Origin: Geosiphon pyriformis uo1
Lineage: Eukaryota; Fungi; Glomeromycota
Direction: 5' to 3'
Length of the DNA stretch: 19,003 bases
Assembly: GCA_016748015.1 (NCBI GenBank)
Contig: JAAOMT010000748.1
Location: 1-19,003 of the forward strand
Shown: positions 11,804 to 19,003 of the stretch, one piece after another
Layout: every line of letters starts with the position of its first letter
Position numbering within the stretch: the stretch's first letter is position 1
The notes under the pieces: model-generated
The model's input: the letters and a program-made list of their open reading frames with translations, nothing else
Database searches by the model: none
What the model was told of the DNA's origin: nothing
Program-made: the position numbers and the translations under genes

Positions 11804-12071
11804 GAAAAACGTAAATTTTACAATTGAATGTGACATTTAGAAGTTGAAAGTTTGGGGAGTGGCATGCTGCATTTTTTTTGTGTGTGGTAATATGAATAGA
11901 TTGAATATATTTCATAGGTATCCAAAATAGTTGGAGGTGATGGTTTTTTCTTAATTAATACAGCTAGACTTGTCATTAATCTTAAAAATAATGGGAAAGT
12001 TCAAAAATGATCCCCAATAAATGGAATTGGAAGTTTATCATAAAAAAAATCCTTAAATCTTGCGGTTTTGA

Positions 12072-12102
<31 letters not shown>
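12072..12102. repeat. (GATT)n microsatellite, probably in the 3' UTR of the BTB gene
   Basis: Directly visible, ~125 nt downstream of the stop codon. Confidence 0.93.
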
Positions 12103-12225
12103 TATAAATTTGTGATTGCTTTAGAATTTAAGGAGCGATATTTTACTGATTCAAAATATACGCTCTTATTTAAATTCCAAATTGTGACCTGATCTTGATA
12201 AGGTGGAAGAAACTTGCAATCAAAT

Positions 12226-12331
12226 TTATTGTTCATGAAAGGGTTCTTGCTTAATAGTTGCTTGACGAGGATGTTCTTTCCTTTGTTTTTTTTGTTGTTG
12301 TTGTTGTTGTTGCTGGTTGTGGTGTTGTTGC

Positions 12332-12376
<45 letters not shown>

Positions 12377-12609
12377 AGTTGTTGTTGTTCTTGTTGTTTT
12401 TGTTTTTGTTTGTGAAGCAACAAAACATTATTATCAATGGATATTTGTGTTAATCGCTTTTCCACCATTTTAAGGGAATAGATATATTGATCACAAACTG
12501 CCAAGGCTTTCTCGCCAAGACCCAAAATTTGAGCGTTATATCTAACAAATTTATAGTTCCCTGGCGTAAATCCAGTGTATAACCAACGTTGGTCGTCGCC
12601 GGAATAAAT
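12226..12609 (-). CDS. Exon 2 (127 aa + stop) of the BTB/POZ-like protein, with polyQ C-terminus
   Basis: Acceptor TTTGTTTAG| (AG at 12611-12610). Phase-0 splicing gives ...FEHLLYW|IYSGDDQRWLYTGFTPGNYKFVRYNAQILGLGEKAL..., completing the BTB pattern F..LL.wIYsG and N......A..L.L. It is in frame with track ORF 12226..12525 (84-nt offset) and ends in TAA. Confidence 0.88.
12292..12398 (-). repeat. (CAA)n coding repeat encoding the polyQ tract
   Basis: (TTG)n on the + strand; in frame in exon 2. Confidence 0.95.
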
Positions 12610-12723
12610 CTAAACAAAGAATTAGAGTTATAAAGGTTAATTATCTTTATTCAATTTTTAAAGCTTTTTTGACAAGAATATGATCATGTCATTGGGAAAA
12701 AATTGAAATTTTAAAAAACTTAC
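12610..12723 (-). other. 114-nt GT-AG spliceosomal intron
   Basis: GTAAGT donor, AT-rich body, CTAAT branch-like motif just upstream of the TAG acceptor; removing it restores a continuous BTB motif. Confidence 0.88.
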
Positions 12724-13446
12724 CCAATAAAGTAAATGCTCAAATCGACTCAATTCTGGACACACAATATCAACCCAAATTTTCAACCATTTACCATTCT
12801 CATCTTGAATCTCTTCACATGTCAAATCTGTGATAGAAGAATTAGAAAGTTTTTCACTGTTTCTTCCGGCTATACCAGCCGTAAGATTGGCATAATATTT
12901 TTGAAAGATTCTTCGAAAGAATTCACTCTTCAAAAGGAGGTGTTCTTCATGAGCCCAGAATTCTCTTGGATAATTCCTAGTGGCATTTGGTGACTTCAAC
13001 AAGGCTTGCAAAGTTGGGTCATCTGAACCATTATTGGGGGAAATCGGTCGAACAAATAATTTACAACTCGCACCGAAAGAACGATTAAAGAATTGAGGTC
13101 CTATTTGATTTAATCGCATTTCAACGTATGGTCTTGGGATTATCTCATAAACTTTATTCTCTGATGAATAGTATGCAACTTGAGAAATAGTTGATAATGT
13201 TCTTGAAGGTTCTTCTGAGGCGGAAGTAGTTACCGAAAAATTATTGAATGTTGATGGAGATAATGAAAGAGAATTGATACCAGACACTCGTCTTAAATTA
13301 TCATTGACACTATTAATAAAGGTGAATGAAGGAATTGGAGGCGTGTTTTCATTCACGGGAAATTTACGCTTCCTATTCTCAGTTGTTACGACAACTGTTG
13401 ACATTCCAAAGTCATTAGAACCTTTTTTAGTACCAATTGAAGGCAT
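12724..13446 (-). CDS. Exon 1 (241 aa) of a BTB/POZ-like, polyQ-tailed protein (368 aa spliced)
   Basis: ATG at 13446 with A at -3; long open frame with higher GC than the flanks. BTB-like motifs EFWAHEEHLLLKSEFFRRIF (cf. F.aHk.vLaarS.yF..lf) and CPELSRFEHLLYW. Ends at a canonical donor TGG|GTAAGT (GT at 12723-12722). The ORF-track tail VSFLKF... is intron read-through. Confidence 0.88.
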
Positions 13447-13512
13447 TCTAATAATTTGATTATTAGTTTGAGAAAATTATATATATATATAATAGGGTAG
13501 GGTACGTGTTTT

Positions 13513-13637
13513 GAAAGGAAAGGAAAAGAAAAGAAATGAAAGGAAAGGAAAGGAAAGGAAAAGAAAGGAAAAGAAAGGAAAAGAAAGGAAAAGAAAGGAA
13601 AAGAAAAGAAAAGAAAAGAAAAGAAAAGAAAGAAAAG
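13513..13637. repeat. (GAAAG/GAAAA)n polypurine-polypyrimidine tract upstream of the BTB start codon
   Basis: About 125 nt of almost pure purine on +, pyrimidine on the coding strand, ~65 nt upstream of the ATG; probably 5' UTR or promoter. Confidence 0.92.
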
Positions 13638-14240
13638 GTAAGGTAAAGAATGGAAAAAGTTTTGGGATTTGATTTGATTTGATTCTCAATTATTAGAATT
13701 TTTTTCAAAAGGTTGAAATTTGAAAAAGAAAATTAAAAAATTTTTTGAATTTAAATTTATATAAAAGTTTTTTAATAATAAGTATTATTATGAAGGCTTA
13801 AAAAAGAAAAAAATATAGGAAAGAACTTGCTTGGATGGGCTAGGGATATCTAGGATATATATATATATATACGATGATGTTATATATTCAAATGTGATGA
13901 ACAAAGGTGCCGTTGCTTAAGAGTGGATGTTTATCTGTGTGATATTCAGGATGTATGTGTCAAATTTGATGCTGTGTACAATATATAGTGTGTGTGCCCG
14001 AATAAAAAGTATGGTTGTTGTCCGTGTGTGAATGTGTTGTTTCCGTAGTTGTCGTAATAGTATGCGAGTTTATATTAAAAAATTTTTGTGTCTTGAAAAA
14101 ATGTATATTTAAAATTGAGTCAAAATAATTTTTATGAATTTTTTTTTTAAATTTTCCAAATGCAGTTGAAAAAATTTTTTGTTTGGTTTAAAGTGAACTT
14201 TTAGTGCATTATGATGATCTTCAATTGGTAAGAATGGCAA

Positions 14241-14463
14241 NNNNNNNNNNNNNNNNNNNNNNNNNNNNNNNNNNNNNNNNNNNNNNNNNNNNNNNNNNNN
14301 NNNNNNNNNNNNNNNNNNNNNNNNNNNNNNNNNNNNNNNNNNNNNNNNNNNNNNNNNNNNNNNNNNNNNNNNNNNNNNNNNNNNNNNNNNNNNNNNNNNN
14401 NNNNNNNNNNNNNNNNNNNNNNNNNNNNNNNNNNNNNNNNNNNNNNNNNNNNNNNNNNNNNNN
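14241..14463. other. Assembly gap (223 N) followed by a G14 run (14464-14477)
   Basis: Run of N directly visible, abutting poly-G. Confidence 0.99.
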
Positions 14464-14768
14464 GGGGGGGGGGGGGGTTTTAATTATGAAAAGAAAACAA
14501 ACAATTTTTATGTTTATATATATATAATGTGTGTTTGGTATTATGTGTCAATGTTTAGAGATAGACCTTTTGCACGTTTTGAGGGACAGCAGCAGCAGAG
14601 AAACTAAAAGAACTGGAGAATATATTATAAAACCAATTTTTTGTAAATATAAAAATTTGACCAAGATTTTTTTTTTTGATACAATTTATCTCTCTCTTTT
14701 TGATCGTGCACTGTTTTACTTGTTTATTTATAATAAATATTTTAAATATAAAAAGTTTTTAGAATAAA

Positions 14769-14816
<48 letters not shown>
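14769..14816. repeat. (AAT)n microsatellite
   Basis: Directly visible. Confidence 0.95.
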
Positions 14817-14817
<1 letters not shown>

Positions 14818-15334
14818 TAATAAATATTGATAAAGATTTTTTTTATTTTTGATGATAAGAGAACAATGACAAACCCAAAAATGTTTTGGTTGGATTCTTA
14901 AAAAGCTTGTGGGTATTTATAATAGATTTTTTAATAGAAAGTTGAGAAAGAGGATTATAAACTAAAGACAAAAAAAAAATTTTTCAAGAAAAATCCTAAA
15001 AAGATTTTTGTGTGTGTATTTGTGCATTATTTCGGGTGAGGCAGAGGTTAAAGCCGGATTTAGAAATAAATTTTTTCGTTAAAAATGACCATATTCGGTT
15101 ATAACCAAATGAAGAACTTTTTTAATCAAATAATAATTAATATGAAAAAAGATGATCAATAATAATAAAAATTATAAGAAGATAAAAAAAATTTTTTTTT
15201 TTTTCAGTAATGGTTGATCGTTCCAATTGTTTTAATTATTAAAAGTTTTAGAATGTATTTATTATATTTAAATTACAATATTTATTTAATTTGAAATATA
15301 TGTATAAACTGAAAAGAACCGAATTTCCTAAAAA

Positions 15335-15372
15335 CCCCCCCCCCCCCACACACACACACACACACACACACC
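15335..15372. repeat. C13 followed by (AC)n
   Basis: Directly visible. Confidence 0.95.
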
Positions 15373-15851
15373 TTTATGTTTTGTAGATCGTTACCTTTCA
15401 TTCTTTTTTGGTCAATTGGTTAATTTGGTCTTTTTTTTTTTTCTTTCCTTTTTTTTTTTTGAATTTAATTTAAATCTGTTAAAAATGTATTATCTTTGAA
15501 CATTTGTATAACTGGGATTAAATTATTTGACTAGAACAACAAACAACAAAAACAATAGATATATATATATATATATACATATGATATAATGATATGTGTA
15601 ACTTTTTTTATAATAACCGATATTTATGAACGAAAATTAGTTAGATTACTGTTAAAAATTTGATTATGCATATCGGTTTTTCATTTAAACTTTTTTCAAA
15701 ATTATTAAAAAAAAGAAAAGTTTCATTTATATCTTCTTGCTCTTTTATGTAATTCTAAAGTCAAATCATTTTTTTGATAATGTAAACGGAAAAGAAAAAA
15801 AACTTTGTTCATAACTAATGACAGAGCATTTCAATCAAAAATATCTTTATC

Positions 15852-15875
15852 AATAATAAACTTTAATAGTAAGCT

Positions 15876-15927
<52 letters not shown>

Positions 15928-15931
15928 GCTT

Positions 15932-15959
<28 letters not shown>
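15852..15959. repeat. Compound (AAT)n punctuated by AAGCTTT/AAACTTT
   Basis: Three copies of AA[A/G]CTTT, each followed by AAT units of different length. Confidence 0.9.
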
Positions 15960-15963
<4 letters not shown>

Positions 15964-16921
15964 TCTTAATCAATTCTTATCTTTGTTTGAAATAAAATTT
16001 CTCCTCATTGGTCAAATAATTGTTTTTATTTTCCAATTAAAGCAGTCAAAAAAAATTTGATTCTATTATTAGACAAAAAAAGGTTAAAATTACTGAAATT
16101 GTATATGAAACAAAATATTAAAATAAAATAATTTTTTTTTCAGATTCAATTATTTTTAACGATTCAATCAAAAAAATAAATAATGTACATTTATTTTTTT
16201 ATTTATTATCTATGAAATCCATAAATTTCTCAAAAGATTGTATATATATACATATATAAGTTCAATTATCTAAAGTTAAATTCATTCACTTTTTATCCTT
16301 GATTTCATGTCAAACCAGTTAAAAATTAACTTTTGTCCCAAAAAAAATTAAATGGTTTTCAATTGAAAAAATCCATTTAAATTATTATAATTATTGCACA
16401 AAATAATGAAACGAACTTTGAAAAAAATAAATATTTCACATGTTTAATTAATCATTTTAAACATCATGTAATTCCCCCCTCTCCAAATCACCGAACTCAA
16501 CATTCTTTTACTATTAATTTTCATTATCTTCTACATTAAGGTTTCTAGTCAATTGTTAATGAGTTTTAAAACTTTACAAATATTGGCAATAATGGATTAT
16601 ATATTTAAATCAAAAAATTGATTATTTTTTTAAGTGACACATCTTTCTCACTGATCTTTACTTTACTTGGCTTCTTTTGATGTAAGGTCATCTTTTATTA
16701 ATATTGCAACACGAAAAATTTCTAAAACCTAAAGATCCCCGATTAATAAAAACCTATTAAATGCACATTATCAAAAATATACTTGTGTCACACACACACT
16801 AATCAAATAATCAGCAGTGAATTAAATGCTTTAAAATTAATCACTAACATAAAATGACGATTATCATTTTTTCTGTTTCCCACTTTGAGTAAATCAATCA
16901 ATTCCTAAACACACATACAAA

Positions 16922-16967
16922 CACATCCACATCCACATCCACATCCACACCCACACCCACACCCACA
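16922..16967. repeat. (CACATC)n-(CACACC)n hexamer repeat
   Basis: Directly visible. Confidence 0.92.
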
Positions 16968-17689
16968 AACGTACCCACTAACTAACTATTTAAATAATTC
17001 AAACTTGATCTACCTTTAGGAAATTCTTTAAATTTCAACTCAGGTTAGAATGACTTTTTAATGATGATTTCTTCCTGAAATGTTTATTAAAAGTCGCTGT
17101 ACATTTTCTAATAACGTTATTATTAAATTGATCTTATGAAAACGTTTATCTTATGCAATGAAGCAAAAAGCTTATTCATCCTCTGGATTTTCACATGAGA
17201 TCTTGTAGCGACTTCTAGCCTCTCAGGTCTAGATCAATTGATTATTAAACATTGATAATCATTTCTTTGAAAAGAGTTTTGGCTTCTCTTAAATATTTCC
17301 TATATCAGATTTTATCTCTAGATATTATCACAGCCAATATTATTAAAATTTATAATCCTAAAATTGGAATTCCTGGAGAAGAAATGTATATATTAAAGAT
17401 TTTTGTCTGCATATTAGTTAATCAAGGTTTGCAAAAAAAAATAAAAAATTTACTGAAAACTATAATTTTTATTCGAAAAATCATTATGCTTATTGGACCT
17501 CTATCGAAAAAATTATATCAATCAAGAAATTTACCCAAGGCAATGATCAGTGCCTGAGTAAAATATAGGTAAAAAGTGCGGAATTTAGAATGCAGGATTT
17601 TAATTATATGTAAATATTAAAAGTATGATTTCGGAAAAACTATGAAACCTGGACCTTTTCAAATTTATTTTCAATATAAATTTTTTTAG

Positions 17690-17965
17690 ATTTAGTAAAA
17701 AATTCCTTTATCAATTTTACTCATTTGAGTTAATGTTTTATTAATAATTATTAACAAGTAATATAAAAATTTAAAATTTAAGCTAACTTTATTTAAAAAA
17801 AATATTTATGAAACAACCTGATTTTCTTTGCATCAAGAATATTTCACAAACATTGAGCCTAGAGCCCTTGCAGATACTTAATATATAATCTTTGTATAAC
17901 AAGTTGGTATCTAGAATTTTTTTAATCGAAAAAAAATCTTTTTTTTTTCCTGCAGATTTACTAAG
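17690..17965 (-). repeat. Diverged inward extension of the inverted duplication (right copy)
   Basis: Counterpart of 5415-5650; the inner boundary is approximate. Confidence 0.85.
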
Positions 17966-19003
17966 AGGTTAATATTCTAACATATAAATGAAGAATTGAG
18001 ATACATGAATGAGGATTCTTTAATAACAAAGTAATTGTAAATGACCCTGTTTACAAAAATCTAATATTATAATTTGATACCAAATCACCGTTATCACATA
18101 GCTACCCAATGGTTTAAATTAAAGATTCTTTCTTTCACAAGTAAGAGAGAAAGATAATTAAAAAAAAACAATGATTTGATTACATACATGTACATTGTTT
18201 CGTTAGCTAGCTAGCTAGCTAATAACTATAAATAGGTTTAAAAAGTTTAAACCTTATTTCCAACAAGCTTGACAATTGCGGGTTTGCTTTGTTTATGAAT
18301 ATACATTATGAAAATCGTTGTGTTCATTGTTAACCAAATAAAGAAAAATCGAGACATATGGTGCCATCTCACCTGTTTCAACGATTTATCACAAAGATCT
18401 ATAATAAGTACTACATAACCTTGGCAAATCCCAGGTTCTTTTAAGTCACTGTTACCATAAATTTCAATTGAAAAATCTCTACATATTACAAATAATCTTT
18501 ATATATTAAATTTAGCTAAATGCTTTTTCCTTGTAATTATTCACCAATGATGTTAAATTAGTTTTGAAAAAAATAATAATCAATTTAGAAATTAATGGAA
18601 ACTGTTATGCTCAATTATAATACATATACATATATATATACATATATTGAATAAACCGTTTTCCGTCATTATTGCTGTAAATAGTTAAAAAAAAAGGAAA
18701 TACGTAACATTCCAATGATCGAGTTAAATGTTAGGTAAGAAACAAAGCTTTATCCTATTCGGATTCATGTAACGATTACATTTTTAAATAAAAAGAAAAA
18801 AGTATTTAGAATTTTATCATTATATATTAAATTAGGATATTTTGTTTACCCATATATAATTCGTAAACTTAAATTTTAAATTTAATGATAAAAGCATCAT
18901 ACATTATTTACAAGATAATTATTTATTCTTAACTCGTGAACTTTTGTTCACAGTTAAACGCCTTTAACAACAAAGTATAAATTACAATAATAGATAAAAT
19001 AAA
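17966..19003 (-). repeat. Right arm of the 1038-bp perfect inverted repeat (cut off by the window end)
   Basis: Reverse complement matches 4377-5414, including homopolymer lengths and the (GCTA)4 and (TA)n tracts. Confidence 0.97.
18040..18768 (-). pseudogene. Degenerate Ras-superfamily small-GTPase-like gene relic (copy 2, identical to copy 1)
   Basis: Mirror image of 4612-5340 inside the inverted repeat, with the same lesions. Confidence 0.5.

Noticed and set aside
12102-13459. Alternative-frame and antisense ORFs (poly-N, poly-V, 12736..12993, 13244..13459)
   Set aside because: Shadows of the real BTB-polyQ gene and its CAA repeat.
13463-13708. F/S/L-rich ORFs upstream of the BTB gene
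   Set aside because: Produced by the stop-free (TTTTC)n repeat.
14204-14767. ORFs across and after the N gap
   Set aside because: The first is an artefact of the Ns; the second has a non-ATG start and low-complexity composition.
17252-17557. 101-aa plus-strand ORF
   Set aside because: TTG start, I/K/L-rich, no motif; homology with the left copy points to the minus strand as the historical coding strand nearby.
4377-19003. Autonomous Polinton/Maverick or other giant transposon
   Set aside because: Size and repeat length would fit, but no PolB, integrase, ATPase, capsid, transposase or tyrosine recombinase is visible, and the 223-N gap appears too small to hide one.
1-19003. CRISPR array, tRNA, rRNA or telomeric repeat
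   Set aside because: No regularly spaced repeats, cloverleaf, rRNA signature or TTAGGG array seen; the CACATC/CACACC tract is short and internal.

Overview
Very AT-rich eukaryotic DNA with spliceosomal introns, many microsatellites and one 223-nt scaffold gap. The kinase-family signature suggests an arbuscular mycorrhizal (Glomeromycota-type) fungus; this is an inference. One intact gene is supported: a two-exon, minus-strand BTB/POZ-like protein with a C-terminal polyQ tract (13446-12724 + 12609-12226, 368 aa), which the ORF track splits in two. A decayed TKL-type kinase lies at ~1679-2333. The main structural feature is a 1038-bp inverted repeat (4377-5414 vs 17966-19003) with no mismatch or indel found in a manual line-by-line comparison. 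It runs to the window end, carries a degenerate Ras-superfamily-like gene relic, and switches abruptly into an older diverged duplication whose differences are largely at third codon positions. The two arms bracket the BTB gene across a ~12.5-kb spacer. Real structure versus assembly artefact cannot be decided from this sequence alone. Most other ORFs in the track are by-products of AT-rich or simple-repeat sequence.
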